Shown: positions 22,550 through 32,845, counted from the stretch's first letter. The stretch: DNA of 64,000 nucleotides from Candidatus Marinacidobacterales bacterium (GCA_965219415.1 CBDCNP010000002.1:2112001-2176000); one strand, 5' to 3'. The notes: generated from the sequence alone by a model not told the origin. A program made the numbers and translations.

Positions 22550-22863
22550 GGGTCGCTCTCGAGAGAACGCCACTAGCCGACCCTCCGTCGAGCGGCATCG
22601 ATCTTCTCCCGCATAAACGCTGCACCAAACACCTGCTCTGCGCTAAAACGATTGTGCGGGCCGCAGTGAAGCCGGAGAAACCTCTCGTCGTGGCTCCGAA
22701 ACAGAGCAAAGGCCCGCAGGTGCTCGATCTGGAGCCCGGTTCGGGAGCGACACCGCATCCCGTCCCGACCTCGGTATTCACATTGGTACCCCGCCCGTTC
22801 GTGGACGCGCTCGCGGGACCGCTGAGGGGATGTAACGAGACTTCGCGACGACCTGACCCGAAA

Positions 22864-24252
22864 CTACCCTCCGGAAGCCTGGGGAGTGAGGGTGTATCCG
22901 AGAGCTTCGGCTGCCCTTTGTAAACCGTTGATGTGGTTTTGGCGAAAACGGTCTTCGAAGGCACGTTCGCCGATATCGATGTAATCGTGGCCATATTTGA
23001 GCATGCGGAAGACGAGCTGGGCGAGCTTGCGTGCTGTAGCAAAGACGGCGGTTTTGCCATCTTTACGGCGAGCAGTGCGGCGATAGTAAGCGCCTAGGGC
23101 GGTCTTGGAGCGGGAGAGAGATACAGCGGCCATACGTAAGGCACCGGCGATGCGATTGGAGCCGGCGCCGTTGCGGCGTTTGGAGAGTTGTTTACCGCCG
23201 GAGATAGGGCGACGTGGGGCGAGATGTAGCCATGAGACGAAGAATTTTTCGAAGGGGAAATCAGAGAGGTCGAATCCGATCTCGGTGAGGACAATGGCGG
23301 CGGTGGTTGGACTGATTCCGTCGATCCTGGTGAGGTCGCATCCAGCAAAACGCCACAGCTCGTTGCGCAGTTCGCTCTCGCCCCGATGCTGCATGTCGTA
23401 TCGTTTTTGCGGATTTGGATGAGCTGGCACGTTGTGGTGTCTGCGTTGTGGCGGCTGGAGTTCGATGAGCACTTCAAGGATACGCTGGTCGAACAGTTCG
23501 ACTTCGGCTTGTAGCGCATCGTAGAGACGCAGAGCCGATGCGAGGTTGAAAAGATGCTCGTCACGCCAAGTGCCGGTAAGATGCTCGGCGATCTCCTCTT
23601 CGCTCTTCTTGCAGCGTTGGTCACGAAATGCAGCCAGCTTTGACGGGTCACGCTCACCATCAACGATGGCGCGCACGATGAGCATGCCTGTGACGCCGGT
23701 AATGTCGGTCACTGCACGATGGACCTGAACGTTCATTTGGTCCAGAGATTTCTGTATCCATTGAATAGCTCGACTACACTGCTCGATGAGGCTGCAACGC
23801 TGTCGGTGAAGCGAGCGTAGGCGGCAGATCGACTCACCAGGACGAAACGAGCCTCGCAACAGACCACAGCTGTGTAACAGCTGCAGCCACTGACAGTCAT
23901 GCATATCGGTTTTACGTCCGGGGACGTTTTTTAACTGTCGAGCATTTACCAGCACCACTTCAAGACCCCGCGATTCAAGCAACTCATAAATCGGAATCCA
24001 ATAGACGTAGGTGCTTTCCATCGCAACCGATTCGACTCCTTGCTCGATGAGCCAATCCCCCATTTGATTCAAAGACGGTGTCGTTGGGGAAAACACCCGC
24101 ACGTTCACTTTACCGTCCGACAAGGCCGGCCCACATACCCAATGCTCACGACTGCCAATATCGATGCCTGCTACCTTCGACCTTGTCACCGGCAGCGATT
24201 GCGGCGACAGATTCTTCGACTTCCTACCACTCTTTTTCACGCGCTTGTGCAT
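22864..24252 (-). CDS. IS110 DEDD recombinase, intact
   Basis: AGIDIG, AMEST, GRKTDMHD, ISGGK catalytic Ser region, ATARKLA. Confidence 0.93.
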   Translation of the reverse strand: MHKRVKKSGRKSKNLSPQSLPVTRSKVAGIDIGSREHWVCGPALSDGKVNVRVFSPTTPSLNQMGDWLIEQGVESVAMESTYVYWIPIYELLESRGLEVVLVNARQLKNVPGRKTDMHDCQWLQLLHSCGLLRGSFRPGESICRLRSLHRQRCSLIEQCSRAIQWIQKSLDQMNVQVHRAVTDITGVTGMLIVRAIVDGERDPSKLAAFRDQRCKKSEEEIAEHLTGTWRDEHLFNLASALRLYDALQAEVELFDQRILEVLIELQPPQRRHHNVPAHPNPQKRYDMQHRGESELRNELWRFAGCDLTRIDGISPTTAAIVLTEIGFDLSDFPFEKFFVSWLHLAPRRPISGGKQLSKRRNGAGSNRIAGALRMAAVSLSRSKTALGAYYRRTARRKDGKTAVFATARKLAQLVFRMLKYGHDYIDIGERAFEDRFRQNHINGLQRAAEALGYTLTPQASGG

Positions 24253-24490
24253 CACTGACCTCACATGTATTTTTGTGAGTGAAGGCTCCGGCCCGAGATG
24301 GCGATTGTTAGGATTCTGACCCTGGGGAGTGCTTCCGTTCAAAGCCTCGCCAATGATAGGGAGCCGGCTCGGACCCAAGCTCGTCCTGGGGCATTAGTGC
24401 ACCAGTGGTGCTACGGGGTTTAGCTGCCGGGGCCTTCACCGACAACCCTTTTATCAGCTCAGGTAGTTTCTCGCCTGATAGGGCCGGCCT
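24253..24490 (-). ncRNA. Candidate IS110 bridge RNA
   Basis: About 240-nt non-coding left end with stems GGTCCGAG/CTCGGGCC and TGGCGA/TCGCCA; contains GGGTCAG matching the element's right end. Confidence 0.55.
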
Positions 24491-25122
24491 CAGGAGGATA
24501 CTGGGCGACACTCGAGGGGCTGGGCGAGGATCGGAGCGGGGCGTCTCGGCCTCCGCCCGAGCTTGCACACTGGGTGGTAGGGTTAGAGCTGGTGGACACG
24601 GATTCTTGCGAATCGAGGGCGTGAAGACGGGCTTGGGCCGAAGGGCGACGAGGTGCTGCTCGGCCTCACGCTTAGTCATTCCGGCGCAGTCCGAAAGAAG
24701 TTTCTCCAGGTTGCTCTCGGTGAGGACGGGCGCGAGGAGACCTGCCACGGTAAGACTCATGCGGTTCCTGGCCAACGCTTCGAGTAGTTCAGGAAAACGT
24801 CTCGACACATTGGCCACCTGAATCCGTAGAGCGACTGAGCCCTCACTCAAGCGAAGCCGTCTCACACAGTAGTCGAAAAGATTCTTGTAGCCGCACTCGA
24901 GGTGGCCCTTTCTTCTCGACATCTCCGCGATGTGGGCGATAACGAGCGCCACGTTTCGTTTCTCGGCGCGGACCAGCTTTTCGGTAGAGTGGTCCAGATC
25001 TTCAGTCGAGAGGCTTTCGAGTCTCTCGAAATATGACTTCACGTTCTTGATCATGACTGTCGCCACCTCTTATGTGAAGACGATTTTCTTGCTCTTTAAA
25101 CGCCTTCAGACGACAGCAAATA

Positions 25123-26805
25123 TCAAGTGTTTCTTTCATTTTTTTCTGTGTCGGTAAGGCTAATCAAGTAACCAACCACCACCACGACCGCGCAGCCCAC
25201 GATGTTGTAGTAAAGATAGGAAATGTTCGAGACGCCCGATGTTACCGCGACGGCTAACATTCCCGCAGCGAGACCCCAAAACGCGCCGCGACCGGTGGCT
25301 CGTCGGGTGCCAATGGCCAGAACGAACACGCCAAGGATTGATCCGTAGAAGAAAGAACCGATCTGGTTCACGACTTCGATCGCGGAGCCGAGACGGCCCA
25401 TGTAGAGCGCAGCCCAAGTAGCAAGACCTCCCCACATCACGGTCGAGATGCGACTGACGATGAGGTAATGGCGGTCCGATGCCGAAGTCTTGAAATACCT
25501 CCGATAGAAATCGACCACGGTGGCCGTCGACAGAGAATTGAGCTCCGACTCCACGGTGGACATCGCAGCGGCGAAGATCGCCACCAGGATGAGGCCCACC
25601 ATGCCGGCCGGTAAAAAGGTAAGTACGAAGGTGGGGAAGATATAGTTCGTATCGTTGAACGGCTCGCCGTTCATCTCGCTAATGAGCTCGCCTACACCTC
25701 GTCGGGCACGAGAGAACCGTTCATCGGCGGCCAAGAAATCGAGGCGGTTCTGGCCCTCTCGGCCGCCCGCGTCGGCCAATGCCTCCGCCGCCTGGCGTCG
25801 TTCCTCGAACGCTAGATCAAAAGTCTCCTGCAACCTTTGGTATTCCTCGGCGTGATCGCTGGCTTCCAGTTTCGCGAGCTCGACGCGATTGAAGACCACC
25901 GGGGGTTTCTCGAACTGGTAGAACACGAAGAGCAAGGCGCCAATTAGGAGAATGATGAACTGCATCGGTATCTTGAGCAGGGCGCTAAAGAGCAGGGAGA
26001 GTCGGCTCTGGGTCAGCGAGCTCGCTGTCAGATAGCGCTGGACTTGGCTCTGGTCGCATCCGAAATAGGACAGCATGAGAAAAGTACCGCCCACTAGCCC
26101 GGTCCAGAACGTGTAGGTAACTTGTGGGTCGGGGTTGAAGTCGATGGTCTCGAGGCGTCCGGTAGAGCCTACGATGCGAAGCGCGCTGCTCAAGGATAGA
26201 GAGTCCGGCAGGCCATAGAGGACCGCTCCCAGACAAAAGAGCATGCCAAAAAAAATGATCAACATCTGCCACGCTTCGGTCCACATGACCGCCCGCATCC
26301 CCCCGAAGGCGGTGTAGACGGTGGCACCGAGGCCGATGGCTAGAATGAGTACCTTTTCGTCCATCCCGAAGACGATGGAAAGCACGACCGAGGGAGCGTA
26401 GATGACCACCGCATCGGCGAGGCCTCGAGACACTAGAAAAAGAAAGCTGGTGAGGCTGCGGGTCTTCCCGTCGAAACGGTTCTCGAGAAACTCGTATGCG
26501 GTGAACACTCGGGCCCGATAGAAAAACGGCACCAAGGTGACGCATAGAATCACCATCGCGATGGGCAGTCCGAGGTAGATCTGGATGAAACGCATGCCAT
26601 TGACGTAGCCTTGTCCGGTGGTACCGACCAGCGTAATGGCGCTCGCTTGAGTGGCCATCACCGAAAGGCCAATGGCCCACCACGGCATGGAGCGCTTGGC
26701 GAGGAAGTAATCCTCGATCTCCTTGTTGCCCCTTCCGGTGCGGAGCCCGACCCCGATTATGAAAGCGAAGTAAAGTAAGACGACCAGCCAATCGAGAGGA
26801 TGCAT
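25123..26805 (-). CDS. Sodium:solute symporter (SLC5)
   Basis: DYFLA.RSMPWWAIGLS, FGGMRAV.WT, DQSQVQRYL, AAAMST..SELNS. Confidence 0.92.
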   Translation of the reverse strand: MHPLDWLVVLLYFAFIIGVGLRTGRGNKEIEDYFLAKRSMPWWAIGLSVMATQASAITLVGTTGQGYVNGMRFIQIYLGLPIAMVILCVTLVPFFYRARVFTAYEFLENRFDGKTRSLTSFLFLVSRGLADAVVIYAPSVVLSIVFGMDEKVLILAIGLGATVYTAFGGMRAVMWTEAWQMLIIFFGMLFCLGAVLYGLPDSLSLSSALRIVGSTGRLETIDFNPDPQVTYTFWTGLVGGTFLMLSYFGCDQSQVQRYLTASSLTQSRLSLLFSALLKIPMQFIILLIGALLFVFYQFEKPPVVFNRVELAKLEASDHAEEYQRLQETFDLAFEERRQAAEALADAGGREGQNRLDFLAADERFSRARRGVGELISEMNGEPFNDTNYIFPTFVLTFLPAGMVGLILVAIFAAAMSTVESELNSLSTATVVDFYRRYFKTSASDRHYLIVSRISTVMWGGLATWAALYMGRLGSAIEVVNQIGSFFYGSILGVFVLAIGTRRATGRGAFWGLAAGMLAVAVTSGVSNISYLYYNIVGCAVVVVVGYLISLTDTEKNERNT

Positions 26806-26809
26806 GGTC

Positions 26810-26959
26810 TCAGCGGCTGGTGAAATATGAGAACAGAAAGAGGAGAAGGTAAACTACAAGGGTATTTGCGATGACGACGGCGTAGAAACGACCCCAGGTA
26901 CCGAACACGGGTGGGAGCTCATCGGGATCGGCCTTCGACTTCGGCAATTCGCTCGACAT
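26810..26959 (-). CDS. Small single-TM protein co-transcribed with the symporter
   Basis: PPVFGTWGRFYAVV...; stop 4 bp before the symporter start. Confidence 0.7.
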   Translation of the reverse strand: MSSELPKSKADPDELPPVFGTWGRFYAVVIANTLVVYLLLFLFSYFTSR

Positions 26960-27019
26960 AAAGGACCGGACTCTGCGCGCATTATAGCCGACATGACCTC
27001 TCAATCGAGGAGAGCTGAT

Positions 27020-29671
27020 ATGAAACGCCTACTCGGCCTGTGTTTGATGTCTTCGACGATTTTGCTTTTTCGTTCCCCCGCCTCGGCGCAACTAGAGCCC
27101 ATTCCGGAGGACCGCGGCGCCACGGGGCTGGCCCTCGCGCTTCGCAAACTGGGGGCAGGTGCTACCTTCATGCACATCACCGCCCATCCGGACGACGAGG
27201 ACAACGGGCTGCTGGTGATGATGAACCGGGGCCGCGGACTGAGAACCGCGCTGCTCACCGTCACCCGCGGTGACGGAGGACAGAATCAGATCGGCACCGA
27301 ATTGGAAGAGGCCCTCGGCGTCCTCCGCAGCGCCGAGCTCATGGCGATTCATCGCATCGACGGTGCCGAACAGTACTTCACTCGCGCCTACGAGTTTGGT
27401 TATTCGTTCAGCGTCGAGGAGACGTTCGAGAAATGGGGCAGGGAGGAAATACTGGCCGACGTCGTGCGCATCATCCGCGCCGTCCGACCGGACGTCATCG
27501 TCTCGCTGCCGCTAGGCGGTGAGGGAGGTGGCCAACACCACCAAGCCTCGGGACAACTCGCCAAGGAGGCGTTCCGTGCGGCCGCCGATCCCGATCGGTT
27601 TCCGGAGCAAATTCAAGCCGGCCTGAGACCTTGGCAGCCCCTAAAGCTCTATTCCCGGCATTGGATCCTGCGCCGCGAGGATCGAGACAAATCCGATCCC
27701 CCAGGCACCGTCCCGATGAACACCGGGCACTACGATCCGATCCTCGGCCTTTCGTACTACCAGCTCGGTCTGCAAGCCCGGGCGAACCACTTGTGCCAGC
27801 GGATCGGCCAGCTGCGCGGTCTACCGGGCGAGCACCTTTCCAAATGGATCCCTCAGGATTCGGTCGTGCCGGTCGTTGAGGGAGAGACCGATCTCTTCGA
27901 TGGAGTACCGATGGGCCTGGATCGACTAAAGGTCTTCCTCATCAACGCTGGGCCGGGGATGGGTCTTCGTAGTGGACTCCTCGAGCTCGAGAAGCAGGTG
28001 GAAGCCGCAAACCAAGCGTACGATGCGAAGACCCCTTGGAAGACTCTCGAACCCCTCCGAGAAGGATTGGAAACCGTCCGTCGGCTCCGAGACATCCTCG
28101 CTTCCGGCAAGGTTAGCGAACCGGCTACCTACGAGCTCGAACACCGGCTCTCATATAAGGAGAAGAGCTTCACCAAGGCCATCGCTCTGGCACACGGCCT
28201 CGCGCTGGATGCGATTGCCAATCGCCGCGAGATCGTTCCGGGGGGCGAGCTCGAGGTCAAGGTGCGGGTCACGAACCGGAGCCCGGTTCCGGTCGAGGTC
28301 GTCTCGGTGGAGCTAGAGATGCCCGATGACTGGAAACAAGACACGGAAGGCGAGACCTCCGAACGTCTCGGAGACAATGAGAAGCTCGACGTTCCGGTCA
28401 AGGTCACAGCCGCAACCGACGCCGAGCCCGACCGCCCCTACTGGGTGAGGAACCGAGCGGTGGATCGTTACGATATCGTCGACCCTGAGCACCTCGGACT
28501 TCCCTTTGCTCCGGCCGCCATTTCGGCGCGTGTCACGTTTCGCTCCGGATCCGTCAACCTTTCGATCGAGGAGCCGGTGCAACAGCGCTACCCGGGAACC
28601 TGGGTCGGCACCGAAAAACAAGACCGGGTGGCTGTGCTGCCGAAGATCTCCCTGACCTTGTCTCCGAAGGTGATTGTGGTACCGGTCGTCTCGGGCAATC
28701 GGACACGGACCGCGTCGGTGGCGGTCCTATACAAAGGTACCGAAGAAGCGACCGGAAGCCTGCGCCTCGAGGTTCCCGAAGGATGGTCGGCGTCCCCCGC
28801 GAGCGCGCCGATTCGCTTTCAGAGAGAAGACGAGGCCACCACGTTGAAGTTCGAACTCACGCCGCCCGAATCCCTGACACCCGGAAGGTACGAAGTCGAG
28901 GCGGTGGCAAGCCTGAGTGGAAGTGATTACCGTGAGGGGTTCCAGAGAATCGCCTACCACCACATCCAAACTCACTATCTCTTCCGGCCGGCCCGCGCGG
29001 CGGTCCAAGTGCTCGACGTGCGGGTAGCGCCGGTACGTGTCGGCTACGTCATGGGCGTCGGCGATGAAGTCGCCGAGGCGGTGCGACAGCTCGGGGCGGA
29101 TTTGGTCATGCTCGATGAGAACGACCTCGCGGAGGGCGACCTCTCCCAATTCGACGTCATCATCACCGGTATTCGAGCCTACTTCAATCGTCCGGATCTC
29201 AGAGCCTACAACGAGCGCCTCCTCGACTACGTGGAGAGCGGCGGAACGATGGTCGTGCTCTACAACCGCCAAGAGTGGGACGACGCGCAGTGGGGACCTT
29301 ACCCCGCGAAGTACAGCCGCTCGCGCATCACCGTGGAAGAAGCGCCCGTCAGCATCTTGGAGCCCACGCATCCGCTGTTCAACTTCCCGAACCGAATCAC
29401 CGAAGACGATTGGAAGGGATGGGTTCAGGAAAGAGGAACCTATTTCCTCGGAGAGCGAGACCAGCGCTACCGAGATCTGCTGGCCTCCGAAGATCCGTGG
29501 GAGTACAACGCGGGTGAGAAACGAGGCATGCTCGTCGAAGCGCAATACGGAGCGGGCCGGTGGATCTATGTTGGCTTGACGCTTTTCCGCCAATTACCGG
29601 CAGGTGTTCCCGATGCCTACAAGTTCTTCGCAAACTTGTTGAGTCTTCCCAAGGCTCCGGGGAATGAATAG
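27020..29671 (+). CDS. Secreted PIG-L/LmbE deacetylase with Ig-like (NEW3) and GATase-like domains
   Basis: Signal peptide, AHPDDED, TRGDGGQN, HHQAS, GWVQERG, FRQLPAGVP. Confidence 0.88.
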   Translation: MKRLLGLCLMSSTILLFRSPASAQLEPIPEDRGATGLALALRKLGAGATFMHITAHPDDEDNGLLVMMNRGRGLRTALLTVTRGDGGQNQIGTELEEALGVLRSAELMAIHRIDGAEQYFTRAYEFGYSFSVEETFEKWGREEILADVVRIIRAVRPDVIVSLPLGGEGGGQHHQASGQLAKEAFRAAADPDRFPEQIQAGLRPWQPLKLYSRHWILRREDRDKSDPPGTVPMNTGHYDPILGLSYYQLGLQARANHLCQRIGQLRGLPGEHLSKWIPQDSVVPVVEGETDLFDGVPMGLDRLKVFLINAGPGMGLRSGLLELEKQVEAANQAYDAKTPWKTLEPLREGLETVRRLRDILASGKVSEPATYELEHRLSYKEKSFTKAIALAHGLALDAIANRREIVPGGELEVKVRVTNRSPVPVEVVSVELEMPDDWKQDTEGETSERLGDNEKLDVPVKVTAATDAEPDRPYWVRNRAVDRYDIVDPEHLGLPFAPAAISARVTFRSGSVNLSIEEPVQQRYPGTWVGTEKQDRVAVLPKISLTLSPKVIVVPVVSGNRTRTASVAVLYKGTEEATGSLRLEVPEGWSASPASAPIRFQREDEATTLKFELTPPESLTPGRYEVEAVASLSGSDYREGFQRIAYHHIQTHYLFRPARAAVQVLDVRVAPVRVGYVMGVGDEVAEAVRQLGADLVMLDENDLAEGDLSQFDVIITGIRAYFNRPDLRAYNERLLDYVESGGTMVVLYNRQEWDDAQWGPYPAKYSRSRITVEEAPVSILEPTHPLFNFPNRITEDDWKGWVQERGTYFLGERDQRYRDLLASEDPWEYNAGEKRGMLVEAQYGAGRWIYVGLTLFRQLPAGVPDAYKFFANLLSLPKAPGNE

Positions 29672-29703
29672 TGGGTGCTGGACCCTCACCCGGCGTCTGA
29701 CCG

Positions 29704-29747
29704 ACGCCTGGCTACCATGTTGATGGCTACTCACTGTTTTGGCGTCC
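29704..29747 (+). repeat. Copy of dispersed 44-bp motif
   Basis: ACGCCTGGCT-ACCATGTTGA-TGGCTACTCA-CTGTTTTGGC-GTCC aligns without gaps to the other copies. Confidence 0.6.
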
Positions 29748-29817
29748 ACCATGAGCATCTCTGTCTTGACGCCCGCATCCCCCCAGAGGGAGAGGGAACA
29801 ATGGAAGAAGAGTCCGA

Positions 29818-31269
29818 TTGAGTCGACAACGCGTCGGTCTCGTCGTCGGCGTGGTGCTTTTTTCCCTATTCGCCTTCATTCCGATTCCCGGTTTGCCGGA
29901 ATCCGCGGGCAAGATGCTAGCCGTGGCGGTTCTTATGGCGACCTGGTGGGTCAGCGAAGCGATCCCTCTCGCCGCCACCGCGCTCTTGCCCTTGGTGCTC
30001 TTCCCCAGCATGGGCTTGGCCTCGGCGGCCCGAAGTGCTGCGCCCTACGCCAACCATTTGATCTTCCTGTTCATGGGCGGGTTCATGCTGGCGCAAGCAA
30101 TGCAACGATGGAATCTCCACCGGCGCATCGCCCTCCGCATCGTCAGCCTAATAGGGACCGATCCCGCGCGCCTGATCTTGGGATTCATGTGCGCCACCGC
30201 CTTCATGTCCATGTGGGTGTCCAACACGGCAACCGCTGCGATGATGATGCCGGTCGGGATGGCGGTCACCAAACAAGTGGCGGACGCCATCTCCGAAAAA
30301 GATCTCGGGATCGATGTGACACCGGGGCGGTTTCATTTCGGCATCGACCTTATGCTGGGCATCGCCTATGCGGCCTCCATCGGTGGGGTCGGGAGTCTCA
30401 TCGGGACCCCGCCGAATGTCCTTCTCGCCGGGGTCCTGGAGGAAAGCTACGGGATCGAGCTCAGCTTCCTCGGTTGGATGGCCTTCGGTGTCCCGTTCGT
30501 CGCCATGTTCCTGCCGCTGACCTGGTTGTGGCTTACTCGCATCGCTTACCCCATCGAGCTCCCGGAAGTACCAGGTGGTAGACGGCTCATCCGGGAGCAG
30601 CTTGAGGCGCTCGGTCCCATGAGCGACGGCGAACGAAAAACGGCCTTGGTCTTCTTCGTAGCCGCAGCCGGCTGGATGTTCCGACCGCTCTGGACGAAGT
30701 GGCTTCCTTCGGGGGAGCTCATCACCGACTCCACGGTAGCCATCGCGGCCGCCCTTCTCTTGTTCCTTCTTCCCACCGGCTCGGGAGATCGCGTTCTGGA
30801 TTGGCATTGGGCCTCGAAAATCCCGTGGGAAGTCTTGGTGCTGTTTGGAGGTGGCTTCGCACTCGCCTACGGTTTCGAAACGAGCGGGCTATCGCAATGG
30901 GTCGGGGACTCACTCGTCAGTTTGAAGGAGGCGCCGCTCCCAGTTTTCATCATTGCCATCGTGATCCTGTTGGTGATCCTGACCGAGTTCGCTTCCAATA
31001 CTGCCGCGGCGGCGATGGCGATTCCCATTTTGGGCGCCGCCGCCGTTGCCATGGGACTGTCTCCACTTACCCTCTGCGTACCGGCAGCGGTAGCGGCCTC
31101 CTGCGCCTTCATGATGCCAGCGGCAACGCCTCCCAACGCCATCGTCTTCGGAACCGGCTACTTCACCATCCCCCAGATGGTGCGAGCCGGTGCTTTCGTG
31201 GTCTTGATGGCAGTCGTCTTGACAAGCCTCTTCACGCTCCTTCTGCTACCTCTTGTCTTCGACTTGTGA
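29818..31269 (+). CDS. DASS/SLC13 sodium:anion symporter
   Basis: SMWVSNTATAAMM, IGTPPN, TEFASNTA, FMMPAATPPNA. Confidence 0.92.
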   Translation: MSRQRVGLVVGVVLFSLFAFIPIPGLPESAGKMLAVAVLMATWWVSEAIPLAATALLPLVLFPSMGLASAARSAAPYANHLIFLFMGGFMLAQAMQRWNLHRRIALRIVSLIGTDPARLILGFMCATAFMSMWVSNTATAAMMMPVGMAVTKQVADAISEKDLGIDVTPGRFHFGIDLMLGIAYAASIGGVGSLIGTPPNVLLAGVLEESYGIELSFLGWMAFGVPFVAMFLPLTWLWLTRIAYPIELPEVPGGRRLIREQLEALGPMSDGERKTALVFFVAAAGWMFRPLWTKWLPSGELITDSTVAIAAALLLFLLPTGSGDRVLDWHWASKIPWEVLVLFGGGFALAYGFETSGLSQWVGDSLVSLKEAPLPVFIIAIVILLVILTEFASNTAAAAMAIPILGAAAVAMGLSPLTLCVPAAVAASCAFMMPAATPPNAIVFGTGYFTIPQMVRAGAFVVLMAVVLTSLFTLLLLPLVFDL

Positions 31270-31336
31270 GCGGCTGGTTATTCCAACCCATTGATCGGCG
31301 CACCGCATTGAAGTAGCCTTTGACGCAGAGGACGAA

Positions 31337-32005
31337 TTGTTAACTCCCTTACTAGCAGGCGTGGCCGCGGGCGCACTCCACGCTCTCTCCGGCCCCGATC
31401 ACCTCGCAGCCATCACACCACTCTCCATGTCTCAGGAGCGGAACGCTTGGCGGATCGGTCTGCGCTGGGGATTGGGCCATGCGGCGGGGGTAGCTGTGGT
31501 GGGAGTCTTGCTTCTGGCCTTCCACCAGTTCTTGGATTTGGATCGGTTCTCGTTGTGGAGCGAGCGCATGGTCGGCGCCGTGCTCATCGGGCTAGGTATC
31601 TGGGGGCTTCGTCAGGCGAGGTCGAAGTGGATCCATTCTCATCCGCACGAGCACGACAACGGCGGGCATGTTCACATCCATTTTCATCCTCCGGGCCAAG
31701 CTCCGGAGTCGTCCACTGCGCATGATCACTCCCATACTGCTCTCGCAGTTGGCCTGTTGCACGGCTTCGCGGGAACGACTCACCTCTTCGGATTGATACC
31801 TGCCTTGGCGCTACCCACTCACTTCGCTGCCGTTTATCTCGGCGGTTACGGGATTGGCAACCTGGTGGCGATGGGCGGCTTCGCTTGGTTGGTCGGTTGG
31901 GCCGGGGCGAGACTGAGCGACTCGGGAATCAGGGCATATCGCTTCGCGCTAGCTGCCTTCTCGGTAGCCGCGATCGGGGTAGGGGTGGCCTGGCTGGCGA
32001 TCTAA
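31337..32005 (+). CDS. Nickel/cobalt transporter (UreH/NiCoT-like), His-rich loop
   Basis: HALSGPDHLAA, WGLGH, HSHPHEH..HVHIH, GLLHGFAG. Confidence 0.85.
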   Translation: MLTPLLAGVAAGALHALSGPDHLAAITPLSMSQERNAWRIGLRWGLGHAAGVAVVGVLLLAFHQFLDLDRFSLWSERMVGAVLIGLGIWGLRQARSKWIHSHPHEHDNGGHVHIHFHPPGQAPESSTAHDHSHTALAVGLLHGFAGTTHLFGLIPALALPTHFAAVYLGGYGIGNLVAMGGFAWLVGWAGARLSDSGIRAYRFALAAFSVAAIGVGVAWLAI

Positions 32006-32023
32006 CAAAAATGATCTGGCCGA

Positions 32024-32845
32024 TCAGTTCGTAGGACTCTCCGCCGTTTCCGTCCCGTCGAGGCGAGCGAGAATCAAATCTCGCCGCTTGAGCACCAGCT
32101 TCTGATTGTAGCCCCAGATGTATTTCTTGATCGCGTTCTTGATCTCTTTGTCGCTCAGCGAGCGAAGTCGCTCGACGACGTCAGCCCGGTAGCTCGTCGG
32201 CCAGCGAACCCGCTCCGCATCGTAGGGAACACACCAGAACTTGGCGTGGGTACCGATCCCGGCACCGTTGAGATCGTTCAACAACCTGCGATAGCCCCGA
32301 AACGTCCTGGAGTTATCGATGAGAACCAAACGGTGCTCGGGAGTCATCATCGCGTTGTTCAGATGGCGATCGATGTTGGCGATGAGATCGTCGAAGAGCC
32401 ACATCATGCTCACCTGTGCACGCCAGCTCTCTAGGTTCTCGGGAGTCCCTTCAAACTTCTCCATCGTTTCCCCGGTCACCCAGAGCTGGAGACCGCCCTT
32501 TCTACCCCCGATGCGCCGAGCCACCGTAGGTGGGACCATCCCCAACTGGAGGAGCTTGTCCAGCTGGTAGGCAGCGACCTCCCCGCGATAGGTATCATGC
32601 TCCTTGTCAACCTTCTTGAAGACCGCATAGCGTGTCTCCCCGTTCCACTCCAGGGTGACCTTCTCAGGGTTCGTGACTCCGGTACCCAGCTTTTTGCGGT
32701 CTACGACATCGGCTTCCTTTAGAAACTCCTCTAGCTCTTGGGCATCGGGCCACAGCGGGGGAAGGGGAGGCGATTCCTGCCCGCGCGCGGGAGCTACGAA
32801 TGCGAAGCTCAGAATCAGGACGAAGTACTCGAGACGATATTTCAC
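32024..32845 (-). CDS. Secreted atypical kinase-fold protein (PI3/4K/FAM20-like)
   Basis: Signal peptide; AVFK, EVAAYQLD.LL.LGMVPPTV, NIDRHLNN, LIDNSRTF. Confidence 0.7.
   Translation of the reverse strand: MKYRLEYFVLILSFAFVAPARGQESPPLPPLWPDAQELEEFLKEADVVDRKKLGTGVTNPEKVTLEWNGETRYAVFKKVDKEHDTYRGEVAAYQLDKLLQLGMVPPTVARRIGGRKGGLQLWVTGETMEKFEGTPENLESWRAQVSMMWLFDDLIANIDRHLNNAMMTPEHRLVLIDNSRTFRGYRRLLNDLNGAGIGTHAKFWCVPYDAERVRWPTSYRADVVERLRSLSDKEIKNAIKKYIWGYNQKLVLKRRDLILARLDGTETAESPTN

Larger units (their letters stand above)
22852..24490 (-). mobile_element. IS110-family element (about 1.64 kb), ends approximate
   Basis: No TSD; shared AGG core at both junctions (CTG-AGG-CCG, GTC-AGG-TCG); long non-coding left end and very short right end. 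Confidence 0.8.
22573..25066 (-). pseudogene. DUF222-like/HNH endonuclease split by IS110
   Basis: N-part GYKNLFDYCVRRLRLSEG...RRFP (24491-25066). C-part KSRYIP..RERVHERAGYQCEY...RC...LQIEH...LHCGPHN (22573-22851). Confidence 0.75.

Noticed and set aside
24308-24490. C-terminus of ORF 24308-25066 and N-extension of ORF 22864-24378 as real protein
   Set aside because: Both are read-through into the IS110 non-coding left end.
8691-29671. PIG-L protein as the BshB partner of bshA
   Set aside because: 17 kb away, exported and multidomain, unlike small cytoplasmic BshB.
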